Positions 23,466 to 33,490 of a stretch of 39,936 bases of DNA are shown here, piece after piece. Every line of letters starts with the position of its first letter. Positions within the stretch are counted from its first letter, which is position 1. A model generated the notes under the pieces. It saw only the letters and a program-made list of their open reading frames with translations, was not told the origin of the DNA and searched no databases. This stretch comes from an uncultured Cytophagales bacterium (GTDB lineage: Bacteria > Bacteroidota > Bacteroidia > Cytophagales > JAAEPT01). The position numbers were made by a program, and so were the translations under genes. The stretch lies in contig CAYGKP010000001.1 of NCBI GenBank assembly GCA_964350605.1, forward strand, positions 1-39,936, written 5' to 3'.

Positions 23466-24206
23466 CTAGTCCCTCAAAATCGCCGTCCCGAACACCCCTG
23501 CGTCGATCCAGCCGAGGTCTTTGTCCTCAGCGTCGATGACCTCGGAGCCCACAAAATTCTCGCGGTCAAGGCTGTTGTCGTTGTCGCAATACGCGATCGC
23601 GAAGCCGATGTTCTTGCCGGCCTTCAATTTGAGGAACTTGTTCTGCGCACCCACCACGTAAGTGTCGGCAAACAGGTGCAACTCCACCTCCCAATAAAAC
23701 TTCCCACCGATAGCCTTCCAACGCGCTTGCCCCGCATCAAGGAACAGCTTGACGTTCTTATCCGAATCCAGGTCGGCAATCTGGCCGTCAAGGGCGCAGT
23801 GATAGGCGAAGGCATTGTGATTAAACTGGTGGTTGCCACGCGAGGCATTTTCATCGACAAAAATCTCGAGGCAATCATCTTTCCAATAGTCATGCAAGGG
23901 ATCGGGGTGAATGTCGATGAGCTTCTCATCGACGATCTCGGCAAGCACATAGAGGTGGCCTTTGTCCCAGGTCAACTTGAAACGACCTTGAAAGTCTTCG
24001 GGCGAAGGGGCCTCTCCTACCCACACCTGATCCATAGGATACCAAGTGGCATTCGTCCACGCCGGGTCGCTCGGATCGCCGTCGATCACGGGTGCCTTGT
24101 CGGCTTTGGGAACATCGTATTCATGACCACTTTGAGCGGACAGTTGGCCGCAAAAGAGGGCCACAAAAAGGAGTGTACAGAGTCGTAGCATAGCCCCAAG
24201 ATACAT
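23466..24206 (-). CDS. Secreted CBM9-like (carbohydrate-binding family 9 / DOMON-like) domain protein
   Basis: Signal peptide MLRLCTLLFVALFCGQLSAQ. The strings APVIDGDPSDPAWTNATWY, FVDENASRGNHQFNHNAFAYH and IAYCDNDN match the module repeated twice in the 1479-aa protein. Confidence 0.75.
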   Translation of the reverse strand: MYLGAMLRLCTLLFVALFCGQLSAQSGHEYDVPKADKAPVIDGDPSDPAWTNATWYPMDQVWVGEAPSPEDFQGRFKLTWDKGHLYVLAEIVDEKLIDIHPDPLHDYWKDDCLEIFVDENASRGNHQFNHNAFAYHCALDGQIADLDSDKNVKLFLDAGQARWKAIGGKFYWEVELHLFADTYVVGAQNKFLKLKAGKNIGFAIAYCDNDNSLDRENFVGSEVIDAEDKDLGWIDAGVFGTAILRD

Positions 24207-24264
24207 GCCCTAGCGAACAACTCGTCGGCTTTTCGTTTCTTCAGGGTGCCAACCGATCCGAACG

Positions 24265-25833
24265 ATGCCCACCGACCCCACCACTTTCACCCAAGCCATT
24301 CAAGAAGGCTACACCTTCAAAGGCCCCAGCCTGCTGGTCGGCGGTGCCATGCTCGATGGGCAGACCCAAACGGGCACGCACGTGCGCATCCCGCTCAAGA
24401 CCCTCAGTCGCCACGGCCTGATCGCCGGTGCAACCGGAACGGGCAAGACAAAAAGCCTGCAAGCCATCGCGGAGGGCCTCAGCGAGAACGGCATTGGGGT
24501 CCTAATGATGGACATCAAAGGCGACCTCAGCGGCCTAGCGAAACCATCGGCGGGTCACCCTAAAATCGACGAGCGGCAAGCCGCCATTGGTGCGCCTTGG
24601 TCGGCGAGTGAGTACCCCGTGGAACTCATGACGCTGAAAGCTGATGCCCCCGGTGTTCGCCTGCGGGCCACAGTCAGCGAGTTCGGGCCTGTGCTCTTGG
24701 GCAAGATTCTCAATGCCAGTGACGCGCAAGCGGGTGTGCTTTCAATCTGTTTTAAGTTCTGCGACGAGCGCGACTTGCCGCTGGTGGACCTCAAAGACCT
24801 GCGCCGGGCACTTCAGTTCATCGCCAACGAACGCAAGGAAGAAGTCGAGGCCGAGTACGGTTTGGTCAGCAAACAGTCCGCAGCGGCGATGCTGCGGGCC
24901 GTGACCTCTCTGGAGGAACAAGGCGCGAACGATTTCTTCGGCGAGCCTTCCTTCAGCGTGGAGGACCTCACTGACATCGACGAGAACGGGCGGGGCATCA
25001 TCCACATCCTGCGTCTAGTCGAGATGCAGCGCAACCCGCAGCTCTTCTCGACCTTCATGCTCTGCCTGTTGGCCGAAGTCTTCGAAACCTTCCCCGAGGC
25101 GGGCGACCTGGACCAACCCAAGCTGGTCATCTTCATCGACGAGGCGCACTTGATCTTCCGCGAGGCGAACAAAGCCCTGCTCGACCAACTGGAGATCACC
25201 GTCAAACTGATCCGCTCGAAAGGGGTCGGCCTCATCTTCTGCACTCAGTCTCCCGAAGACATCCCCAACGAGGTGTTGGGCCAGTTGGGCTTGAAAGTGC
25301 AGCATGCCTTGAGGGCTTTTACCGCTTCTGACCGCAAAGCCATCAAGCGCGCTTCGGAGAACTTCCCGCTCTCGGACTTCTATGAGATCGACGAACTGAT
25401 GACCCAAATGGGTACCGGGGAAGCCTTTGTCACCGCCCTCAATGAAAAGGGGATTCCCACCCCGCTGGTTCACACCATGATGTGTGCCCCGCGTTCGCGG
25501 ATGGACATCCTCACCGACGAGGAAATCAAAGAATTGATGAAGAATTCCGAGCTGGCTGAAACTTATAATAAGGACATCGACCGCGAGAGTGCCTACGAGA
25601 TTCTGGGGAAGAAGATCGAGCAAATCCGCGAAGAACAGGAAAAAGAGAAGGAGGCCAAGAAGCCTGCTTCACGCTCCTCTTCCCGTGGCTCGGGCAAGAG
25701 TGTTTGGAAAGAAATCGAACGCAGCCCCGTGACGAAAACCATCGTTGGCGAACTCTCACGCGGGCTCTTCGACGTGCTTGGGGTACCGCGAGGACGCAGC
25801 CGCAAGCGGTCGAAAGGGCTGTTCGGCTTTTAG
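24265..25833 (+). CDS. HerA-like ATPase, DUF853 family (YjgR-like)
   Basis: Walker A HGLIAGATGTGKTKSLQ and Walker B KLVIFIDEAHLIF. The length and lysine/arginine-rich C-terminal tail are typical of E. coli YjgR-type proteins as I recall them. Confidence 0.8.
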   Translation: MPTDPTTFTQAIQEGYTFKGPSLLVGGAMLDGQTQTGTHVRIPLKTLSRHGLIAGATGTGKTKSLQAIAEGLSENGIGVLMMDIKGDLSGLAKPSAGHPKIDERQAAIGAPWSASEYPVELMTLKADAPGVRLRATVSEFGPVLLGKILNASDAQAGVLSICFKFCDERDLPLVDLKDLRRALQFIANERKEEVEAEYGLVSKQSAAAMLRAVTSLEEQGANDFFGEPSFSVEDLTDIDENGRGIIHILRLVEMQRNPQLFSTFMLCLLAEVFETFPEAGDLDQPKLVIFIDEAHLIFREANKALLDQLEITVKLIRSKGVGLIFCTQSPEDIPNEVLGQLGLKVQHALRAFTASDRKAIKRASENFPLSDFYEIDELMTQMGTGEAFVTALNEKGIPTPLVHTMMCAPRSRMDILTDEEIKELMKNSELAETYNKDIDRESAYEILGKKIEQIREEQEKEKEAKKPASRSSSRGSGKSVWKEIERSPVTKTIVGELSRGLFDVLGVPRGRSRKRSKGLFGF

Positions 25834-25866
25834 CCTACCGGACCACCTACGAGCCACACCTTTCGG

Positions 25867-28800
25867 TTACTCGAGGGCCATCACACGGATGGTCTGCGAG
25901 CCTGAGGCACTGGTGACGCGCAACATGTATACTCCACTTGGGTAGGCCCAAGGAATCGTGACCAGGCCATTGACTTGCTCGTACTCCAAAGTACCCATCC
26001 GGTGTCCGGTTAGGTCAGAAATTTCAACCGTCAGCGGACCGGTCACTTCCGATGCCAAACGCAACGTGGTCTGTTTCTGGAACGGATTGGGTGCCACTTT
26101 AACCCACGAGTTGGCTCGCATGAGCACCGAACGAACTGAACTAAGCCAATCGTCGCCATTGTAGTCCATCTGGCGCAAGCGGTAGTAGTTGATGCCCTCC
26201 AGTGGGTCCGCATCGGTAAACGAGTAGTACAGCAGTTGCGTGCTGTTTCCCGCACCAGCCACAAAGCCAATGGGTTCATAATTAACCCCATCGGCTGAAC
26301 GCTGGACTTGGAACCCTTGGTTGTTAGTTTCCTCCACAGTGGCCCAGCGCAGCGACACATCATCCCCCTGGGGCAAGGCTTCGAAGTAAATCATCCCCAC
26401 GGGGGTGATGATGTCATAAGAAGTGACCGACAATTCGGGGCCATTTCCACTTGCGTTCTCGTCGGAATGAAACCGCAGGCGCTGGAATAGATCGGCTCCG
26501 CCAGTTATCACAAAGCTGACCCGGCTCTCGCCGTTGGCCTTTGCAGCAGTAATGAAGCTGGACACGTCCCACTCGTACCATTTGTTAACCAGACTACCAT
26601 CAAGGTTCTGGGTCGCAATCAGGTCGCTGCCATTAAAGGCCGGACTGTTGTTGAAGTTGATTGTGTTCTCGGACCAAGAGGTGTCTTCACTCGCATAGAT
26701 CGAAACGGCGGCCGAACCAGGTGGTGTGCCCTCATTAATAATGGCCCCAAACAAGCGGAGCTTTGCTTCAAAAATCGACGAGTTGACGCTACTGAGATCA
26801 AACATGATCCAGGTAAACCGATTGGGGCCCTGGTTCCAGTTTTTAACCACCAAGAAATTGGGGTCGGTCGTGCCAAAAGTGACGCTCTGTTGGTCTGGAT
26901 CGGGATAGACGGGGTTCTGGCGGATGTACGCATCGTCCAGTGAATTGAGGACCTGGTTGGTCAGGGGGACTTGCGTGTAGTTGGCCGTGTAGGTGGTGTT
27001 CGAGGCAGGCGTATTGATGTCCTGACTGGCTGAACCTCCGTGTGACCAGTTGTCGAACGCATACAGATTTCCGCCTAAGCTCTGGGGCGAAACGGGCGCA
27101 ATCGTGAACTCATTGAGGACCACACTGCTGTCTTGCCAGCCATCAGTTTGCGGTTGCCCGTCAAAGGTGACCTGCAGCCCCGCAGGCGTGGTAGTCAACG
27201 TGATGTAAGACTTGTTCGGGAAAATCTCAACGTAGGCAGTATCGGTCAACCCTTGGGAATCCTCCGCAATCAGGTAAATGCGAATCCATACGTTGTGGGC
27301 CTTCTCCCCTTGTAAAGGGACGTTCAAGGTACCGCCCGTTCCCACGATGTTGGCAGATCCGCCGTGAGTGTGTGTGTTGTGGTGAAAGTCAATCTTCCAA
27401 CGGAGTTGAGCCGGGGGAATCACGCCGTCCTCTGCATCCGTCGCCGTGCCTGAGAAGAGGATGGCGTCGCCAGCATTGTACTTGGCTCCATCAATGGGTG
27501 AAGCAATCACCGGCACCGGTGCGGTGTTAAACGGCCCGACCGTCAACAGAGCGGTGTCACTCTCAATCGATCCAAACGCATTGGACACAACCACCGTGTA
27601 TTTTCCGGCATCTCCCGGAACAGTCGCCACAATGTCGTAGCAGGAGCTCTGGGCACCACCGATGACCGCACCGTCCTTGTACCATTGATAAGTAAAGGGC
27701 CCAGGGCCACCCGCGCCCACGCAGAGCTGTGTAGGCTGGCTTTCGAAGGTGAAGGTGGTGTCCGGCTGATCGGTGATGATTGGCAGGGCCGAGCCGCTGT
27801 ACTCGATGCGGTAAACCGCACCGTTCACCGTGTTGTTGTTGCGACACAAGTAGTAGAGCTTTCCATCGACAGGGCCTACGTCAATGGCAATGGGGTCGCG
27901 ACCCAATGTCGAGGCAAAGGTCGAGCGAACGGCCGTCGGACCCGAGGGATCAATGACGTTGATCCAGTTTCCACAATAGTCGAGGAAGAAATAATCCCCC
28001 ACGTACTCGGCTGGGTAGTTGGTGAGCGTGGGGTTGAAGAACGTACCGCCCGTGATCGAGCAACCCGTACTGTCGCGGAAATTTCCGGCCGTTTGGGCGT
28101 GACTGTACGCGTAGTAAGGGTTGACAAATGAGGGTGAATTGGGACTCCCCTCTTCCGAGGGCCAACCAAAGTTGCGGCCCGCTGGGGTCGCGTCGTTGAT
28201 CTCCTCCCAGGAATCTTGCCCCACATCGTTCACAAAGATGCGGCCCGTTCCGGGCTGCACATCGAAGGTAAAGGGGTTGCGAAGGCCTGTCGCCCACTGC
28301 GCACGGCGCTGTGGCGTCGTGCCTGAGGCATAAAACGGGTTGTCCGTCGGGATGGTGCCATCTGAATTGACGCGCAGGAGCTTTCCGTGGTGAGTATTGA
28401 CCGCCTGCGCATTGGCAGGTACCGCGTTCTCGCCATGAGAAATGAGGAGAGTCCCATCGGGTAGGAAATGGAGTGCGCCCCCGTTGTGGTTGTGGGCTGT
28501 CGTACCATCCATATTGATGACCACAAACTCGCTGGCAGGATTGGCAATGTTACCCGTTACTGTAAACCGCGACACCCGATTGTGTAGTCCACCAGCGTTG
28601 GTCGTGTATGTGACGTACAGATAGCCGTTGGAAGCGAAGTTCGGGTCCGGCGTGATACCGATGAGGCCTTGCTCGTTCCACGGCTGGGCATCGTTTCGCG
28701 AGATGCTCGCAGTCAGGTCCAACATCGGGGTGGCCAGCAGCGCATCGTTCTCAATCACTCGAACGCGACCCGCTTGTTCGCAAACCAACACCCGCCCATC

Positions 28801-30306
28801 GGGCAACATGGTCATCACGCTGGGTTGGACAAAGCCATTCGCCACAGGGAAGTGGTTAAACGTACCGGTCGGTGGGGTCGCCACGTTTACCAGTCGCAGC
28901 TCGCCAAACGTCGACGCGTCGATGTAGGCCGTGTTACTGTTTGGCTGGCTGCCGATCATGTGCTGACGGGTCGGGCCTCCATCATTGTCAATGTAGGCCA
29001 ACAGAAAGCCCAACTGTTTGTCCTGGGCCAAAGTAACGGGCGTGTTCGCTCCCCCGTAGGTGTAGGTGTCGTTGTAAATGGGCACGCGCACTTCCCACAA
29101 ATAGGTGTTTCCCGAAGGGTTGGTGCGCGCCATGGTTGGCTCAGGAAAAACTTTGGCTGTCGCGTCTACGTCGGTATCGACCACCGTGCCGTCTAGCGCA
29201 ATATGATAGGCGAAGGCATTGTGGGTATTCTGGTGTCCGCCACCCGAATAATCTTCATCGACAAATACCTCGAGGACATCGTACTCGTAATAGGTCCCCA
29301 CTGGCACAGGGTTGCCATTGAGCGTTTGGTCGGTGATCTCGGCTAGGATGTAGAGCGCATCCGCGTCCCAAGCCAGCTTGAAGCGACCCGAGAAGTCAGT
29401 GACCGTTGGCGGGGTCCCCACGTTGTTCACCCAAATGTCAGCAAGGGTATACCAGGGCGCAGATGCCCAGACGGCATCCGCGTCGCTGCCATCAATGGTC
29501 GGTGCCACCGTCGCAAGTGTTGCTTCGTAGTCCGCTGGGGGCGGCGTATAGGTGTTTACCAGTGTGACTTCACCGAATACGTTGGCTGTCTGATAGGCCT
29601 GGTTCTTATCGGCATACGGCGGAACGGGAATCACTTCGCTGCCCAACATGTGCTGGCGACTGGCACCCCCGTCGTTATCGACATACGCGACAGCCACACC
29701 CATGACCTTATTCTGGGTCAAGGTAACGGGCGTATTCGCGGCACCCCACACGTATGTATCGGCGTAAATGGGAATGCGTGCCTCCCAATAGTAAAGTCCC
29801 GGGGATGGATTGGTACGCGTAATGGTGACATCGCTGTGGTAGCGCGGTGTACCGTTGTCGATATCAATCGCCTGCAAATCGGTTGTGAAGTGGTAGGCAA
29901 AGGCGTTGTAGTTGTTGGTGTGTCCACCACCCGAGTGGTTCTCATCGACGAACACCTCGAACAAGTCGTACTCATAGTAGGCACCCCCTGGTCCGGGTGT
30001 GACGGCGCTCAATACATCATCATATACCTCTCCGAGGACGTAGAGGGCGTTGGCTGTCCAAACGAACTTGAAGCGCATGCTGCAATCCGCGGCCGTTGGC
30101 GTGCCCGTCCCAATCCACACGTCCTGATGTGAATACCACGGCGCGGTGGCCCAAGCCGCATCGACAGGGTTTCCATCTACGGTTGGTGCCACGGTCGCGT
30201 AGACCGCTTGGTAGTTGTTTCCATCGTGCGCCTCAGCCAGAATCGGCACGAGGAGTACCGATAGCAGGATGCACGAATTACGAATGAATTGAGCCAGTCT
30301 TGTCAT
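25867..30306 (-). CDS. Secreted multidomain T9SS substrate: 2x CBM9-like, PQQ-dependent sugar (glucose/sorbosone) dehydrogenase-like beta-propeller, Ig-like domain, further beta domains, T9SS C-terminal sorting domain
   Basis: Signal peptide ILLSVLLVPILAEA. Two FVDE(N/D)..GGGH...HNAFAYH modules. Propeller strings: GLIGITPDPNF..NGYLYVTYT, HNGGALHFLPDGTLLISHGE, HHGKLLRVNSDGTIPTDNPF, GLRNPFTFD, NFGWP. Ig-like string: FTYQWYKDGAVIGG...GKYTVVVSNAFGS. The C-terminus VAPNPF...LTVEISDLTGH...GVYMLRV is a T9SS type A CTD pattern. Confidence 0.85.
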   Translation of the reverse strand: MTRLAQFIRNSCILLSVLLVPILAEAHDGNNYQAVYATVAPTVDGNPVDAAWATAPWYSHQDVWIGTGTPTAADCSMRFKFVWTANALYVLGEVYDDVLSAVTPGPGGAYYEYDLFEVFVDENHSGGGHTNNYNAFAYHFTTDLQAIDIDNGTPRYHSDVTITRTNPSPGLYYWEARIPIYADTYVWGAANTPVTLTQNKVMGVAVAYVDNDGGASRQHMLGSEVIPVPPYADKNQAYQTANVFGEVTLVNTYTPPPADYEATLATVAPTIDGSDADAVWASAPWYTLADIWVNNVGTPPTVTDFSGRFKLAWDADALYILAEITDQTLNGNPVPVGTYYEYDVLEVFVDEDYSGGGHQNTHNAFAYHIALDGTVVDTDVDATAKVFPEPTMARTNPSGNTYLWEVRVPIYNDTYTYGGANTPVTLAQDKQLGFLLAYIDNDGGPTRQHMIGSQPNSNTAYIDASTFGELRLVNVATPPTGTFNHFPVANGFVQPSVMTMLPDGRVLVCEQAGRVRVIENDALLATPMLDLTASISRNDAQPWNEQGLIGITPDPNFASNGYLYVTYTTNAGGLHNRVSRFTVTGNIANPASEFVVINMDGTTAHNHNGGALHFLPDGTLLISHGENAVPANAQAVNTHHGKLLRVNSDGTIPTDNPFYASGTTPQRRAQWATGLRNPFTFDVQPGTGRIFVNDVGQDSWEEINDATPAGRNFGWPSEEGSPNSPSFVNPYYAYSHAQTAGNFRDSTGCSITGGTFFNPTLTNYPAEYVGDYFFLDYCGNWINVIDPSGPTAVRSTFASTLGRDPIAIDVGPVDGKLYYLCRNNNTVNGAVYRIEYSGSALPIITDQPDTTFTFESQPTQLCVGAGGPGPFTYQWYKDGAVIGGAQSSCYDIVATVPGDAGKYTVVVSNAFGSIESDTALLTVGPFNTAPVPVIASPIDGAKYNAGDAILFSGTATDAEDGVIPPAQLRWKIDFHHNTHTHGGSANIVGTGGTLNVPLQGEKAHNVWIRIYLIAEDSQGLTDTAYVEIFPNKSYITLTTTPAGLQVTFDGQPQTDGWQDSSVVLNEFTIAPVSPQSLGGNLYAFDNWSHGGSASQDINTPASNTTYTANYTQVPLTNQVLNSLDDAYIRQNPVYPDPDQQSVTFGTTDPNFLVVKNWNQGPNRFTWIMFDLSSVNSSIFEAKLRLFGAIINEGTPPGSAAVSIYASEDTSWSENTINFNNSPAFNGSDLIATQNLDGSLVNKWYEWDVSSFITAAKANGESRVSFVITGGADLFQRLRFHSDENASGNGPELSVTSYDIITPVGMIYFEALPQGDDVSLRWATVEETNNQGFQVQRSADGVNYEPIGFVAGAGNSTQLLYYSFTDADPLEGINYYRLRQMDYNGDDWLSSVRSVLMRANSWVKVAPNPFQKQTTLRLASEVTGPLTVEISDLTGHRMGTLEYEQVNGLVTIPWAYPSGVYMLRVTSASGSQTIRVMALE

Positions 30307-30426
30307 GCCTAGTTAGCCAATGGAATATTTCCACTACATCCTTCAAAAATACAATTTTAGTAGGAGAATTCCCATTCCTAGGCATGGTACTTCTAACCCT
30401 CAATGGGTAAGTAAGTTATCGAACGG

Positions 30427-31662
30427 CTAGACGGGGCGGCGCCAGGCAGGAAACGGCCCAGCCATCTCGTCTAGGCGGTTCAATAGTACACTCTCCTGGC
30501 CGGGCACTTCGGTGGCCGAGCTGCGCACGATGGCCGCCGAGCCATGCTTTTTGCGGATGCGGTCAAGCGCGCCAAGCAGGTTCATCTCGCGGGCCGTATC
30601 GGTGAACAGGTCGATTTGGTGCGGACCACGTTGCAGTTCGCTTAGACCTACCCCAATCAACCGCACCGACCGACCCGGGTCATACCGTTGAGCGAACAGC
30701 TGCTTGGCCACCTCGATGAGCTGCGCATCACTGGCCGTGGGCCGAATGCGGTGCTGCACGCCAACGGTCACAAAGTCGCTGTAGCGAATTCGCACGTTCA
30801 CGCACCGGGCCAGCTTGCCCTGCGCCCGCAGTTGATACCCCAGCCGTTCGGCCAAGGCCACAATCCGCTCGCGCAACCACTGAACATCATCCACATCGTG
30901 CTCGAAGGTTCGCTCGAGTGACATGGATTTCTGTTCCCATGCCTCGCGCACTTCGCGGCTATCGATTCCGTGGGCCCGTTGCCACAAGTCGCGGCCCCAC
31001 ACGCCCAGACGCTTCTCCAATCGTTCCACAGGAAAGGCCGCCAAATCGCCAATGGTGTGGATGCCCAGGGTCTTCATCACCTCGCCAATCCGCGGGCCGA
31101 CCATGGGCAGCTTCCCCACCGGATGCGGATGGAGGAAAGCCTTCTCCTCGCCGGGCTTCACCTGGAATTCGCCGTTGGGCTTGCCGTGACTGGTCGCCAT
31201 TTTGGCCACTACTTTGCTGATGCCCATGCCCATCGAAATCGGCAGGCCCGTTCCCTTGATCACTGCTTGGCGCAACTTCTGGGCAAACGGCCAGGCCCCG
31301 AAGAACTTGTCGACACCCGTCAGTTCCAGATAGAATTCATCGATCGAAGCCTTCTCCACATGGGGCGCATGCGCCATCAAGATTTCAGTCACCGCCTGGG
31401 AATGCTTGGCGTACCGCGCCCCATTGACCGAGACAATTTCGGCCTGGGGGCACTTGCGCAAGGCTTCCCCAATGGGCATGGCCGAATGGACCCCAAACGC
31501 CCGGGCTTCGTACGAGCACGAGGCCACCACACCCCGGCGGCTCCTCGCCCCGACGATCACCGGCTTTCCCGCCAAGGAAGGATCGTAGAGCCGCTCGACC
31601 GAGACAAAAAAACAGTCCAGATCAAGGTGCAGCACCGCACGGGCCTGAAGAGGGGTTGCCAT
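30427..31662 (-). CDS. dinB: DNA polymerase IV (Y-family translesion polymerase)
   Basis: VLHLDLDCFFVSVERLYDPSLAGKPVIVG, CSYEARAFGVHSAMP and SIDEFYLELTG are classic DinB N-terminal motifs. The length is 411 aa. Confidence 0.9.
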   Translation of the reverse strand: MATPLQARAVLHLDLDCFFVSVERLYDPSLAGKPVIVGARSRRGVVASCSYEARAFGVHSAMPIGEALRKCPQAEIVSVNGARYAKHSQAVTEILMAHAPHVEKASIDEFYLELTGVDKFFGAWPFAQKLRQAVIKGTGLPISMGMGISKVVAKMATSHGKPNGEFQVKPGEEKAFLHPHPVGKLPMVGPRIGEVMKTLGIHTIGDLAAFPVERLEKRLGVWGRDLWQRAHGIDSREVREAWEQKSMSLERTFEHDVDDVQWLRERIVALAERLGYQLRAQGKLARCVNVRIRYSDFVTVGVQHRIRPTASDAQLIEVAKQLFAQRYDPGRSVRLIGVGLSELQRGPHQIDLFTDTAREMNLLGALDRIRKKHGSAAIVRSSATEVPGQESVLLNRLDEMAGPFPAWRRPV

Positions 31663-31902
31663 GTAATTATTATTAGTAATACGTTATCTAACGTAGTCAA
31701 TAGTACGGATTTCTGTAACTCTCAGAGGCTTCTTTGTCGCGAAATGTTTCCCCTCGAAGCCCTGCCCTCCTTACGGGAAAGCTGTAGGTTTGCAGGCAAC
31801 TCGGCGCGGGTCTCCCCTACCTCGCCCGCGCCTTTCCCCACCGCACGAAATCGCCCACCGGGACCCCCGCAGTTTCCCGGCCGCTCCCGGCATTGCTTCC
31901 CG

Positions 31903-33432
31903 ATGAGAACCCGCCTTCAACTCTTCGATCTTAGCCAAAAGGTCAACTACAAAAACGAAGTCCTCTCGGGCCTGACGGTCGCGTTGGCCTTGGTGCCCGA
32001 GGCGGTGGCCTTCGCCTTGATGGCCGACCTCTCACCCCTCACCGGGCTGTACGCGGCCTTCGTGGTCGGGCTGGTCGCTTCGATTCTGGGTGGCCGTCCA
32101 GGCATGATCTCGGGCGCAACGGGGGCGGTAGCCGTTGTCATCGCAACGCTCTCAATCTCGCACGGTAAGGAGTACATCTTCGCAACGGTAATCCTAGCGG
32201 GCATTTTTCAATTGCTGGCCGGTGTGTTTAAGCTGGGCAAGTTCATGCGCCTAGTGCCACATCCGGTGATTCTGGGTTTCGTCAACGGCCTAGCCATCAT
32301 CATTTTCACCTCTCAGCTCGACCAATTCAAAACCGACAGTGGTGCTTGGCTCACGGGCCCAGAACTCTACGTCTTCTTGGGCTTGGTCGCCGTCGCGATG
32401 CTGATTATCTGGGGCCTGCCGAAGCTCACCAAAGTGATCCCCTCTTCCTTGACAGCCATCCTGGTGGTCTTCGGCCTCGTTTGGCTGTTTAAGATCGACA
32501 CCAAAACGGTCGGCGATATCACCTCGATCAAAGGCGGTTTCCCGCCGTTTCACTTTCCCTCAGTACCACTCAGTTGGGAGACCTTGAAAATCATCTTCCC
32601 CTACGCGGGCATTGTCGCAGGTGTGGGCCTGATCGAGAGCCTGTTGACTCTCAACATCGTCGATGAAATCACCCAGACGCGCGGGCGCGGCAACAAGGAA
32701 TGCGTTGCCCAAGGCTCGGCGAACATCCTCTCGGGCTTGTTCTCAGGCATGGGCGGCTGCGCGATGATCGGCCAAAGCCTGATCAACATTTCCTCTGGCG
32801 CACGAGCACGGCTTTCGGGCATCGTGGCGGCGGTGATGCTTTTGGTCTTCATCATGTTCGGCTCCTCGCTGATCGAGAAACTCCCGATGGCCGCCCTAAC
32901 GGGCCTGATGATCATGGTCGCCATCGGCACCTTCGAATGGGCCAGCCTGCGGGTCTTCCGCCGGATGCCCAAGTCGGACATCATCGTGATGATACTCGTC
33001 ACCTTGGTGACCATCTTCCTGCACAACCTGGCGTTAGCCGTTCTAGTGGGCGTGATCATCTCGGCGTTGGTCTTTGCCTGGGACAACGCCAAGCGCATCC
33101 GCGCCCGCAAGCACGTGGATGAAAACGGCCACAAGCACTACGAGATCTATGGCCCGCTGTTTTTCGGCTCGATCGCAGCGTTCAACGAGAAGTTCGACAT
33201 CCAGAACGACCCCGAGCACGTCGTCATCGACTTCAAAGAAAGCCGGGTGGTCGACATGTCGGCCATCGAAGTGCTGGGCAAAATCACTGAGCGCTACGCG
33301 AAAGCGGGCAAGAAGGTCCACCTGCGCCACCTGAGCGAGGACTGCATGAAACTCTTGGCGAATGCCGAGGCAATCATCGAGGTTAACCACTACGAGGACC
33401 CAACCTACAAGGTGGTGGTCGACAACGTATAA
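31903..33432 (+). CDS. SulP-family anion transporter with C-terminal STAS domain
   Basis: I chose the internal ATG at 31903 (MRTRLQLFDLSQKVNYKNEVLSGLTVALALVPEAVAFA...). The upstream 311 codons of the track ORF are antisense to dinB. The protein has multiple TM segments and a STAS-like tail (IYGPLFFGSIAAF...VVIDFKESRVVDMSAIEVL). Confidence 0.85.
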   Translation: MRTRLQLFDLSQKVNYKNEVLSGLTVALALVPEAVAFALMADLSPLTGLYAAFVVGLVASILGGRPGMISGATGAVAVVIATLSISHGKEYIFATVILAGIFQLLAGVFKLGKFMRLVPHPVILGFVNGLAIIIFTSQLDQFKTDSGAWLTGPELYVFLGLVAVAMLIIWGLPKLTKVIPSSLTAILVVFGLVWLFKIDTKTVGDITSIKGGFPPFHFPSVPLSWETLKIIFPYAGIVAGVGLIESLLTLNIVDEITQTRGRGNKECVAQGSANILSGLFSGMGGCAMIGQSLINISSGARARLSGIVAAVMLLVFIMFGSSLIEKLPMAALTGLMIMVAIGTFEWASLRVFRRMPKSDIIVMILVTLVTIFLHNLALAVLVGVIISALVFAWDNAKRIRARKHVDENGHKHYEIYGPLFFGSIAAFNEKFDIQNDPEHVVIDFKESRVVDMSAIEVLGKITERYAKAGKKVHLRHLSEDCMKLLANAEAIIEVNHYEDPTYKVVVDNV

Positions 33433-33490
33433 ACACGGACGCCCGAGCCGCCGAAAAAGCCCGAGCTTTGCGGCTCCAACGCATAAGGAG

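Noticed and set aside
30970-31902. First ~311 codons of the 820-aa track ORF 30970..33432 (+)
   Set aside because: This part is antisense to the clearly real dinB gene and reads as low-complexity Arg/Pro/Gly-rich text typical of high-GC shadow frames. The SulP transporter sequence begins at the ATG at 31903.
33362-33490. Upstream extensions of the track ORFs for glutaminase (33362) and the glycosidase (34321-34482)
   Set aside because: The extensions overlap the preceding genes and read as non-protein-like text. Internal ATGs (33491 and 34483) give a normal-length glutaminase and a proper signal peptide.
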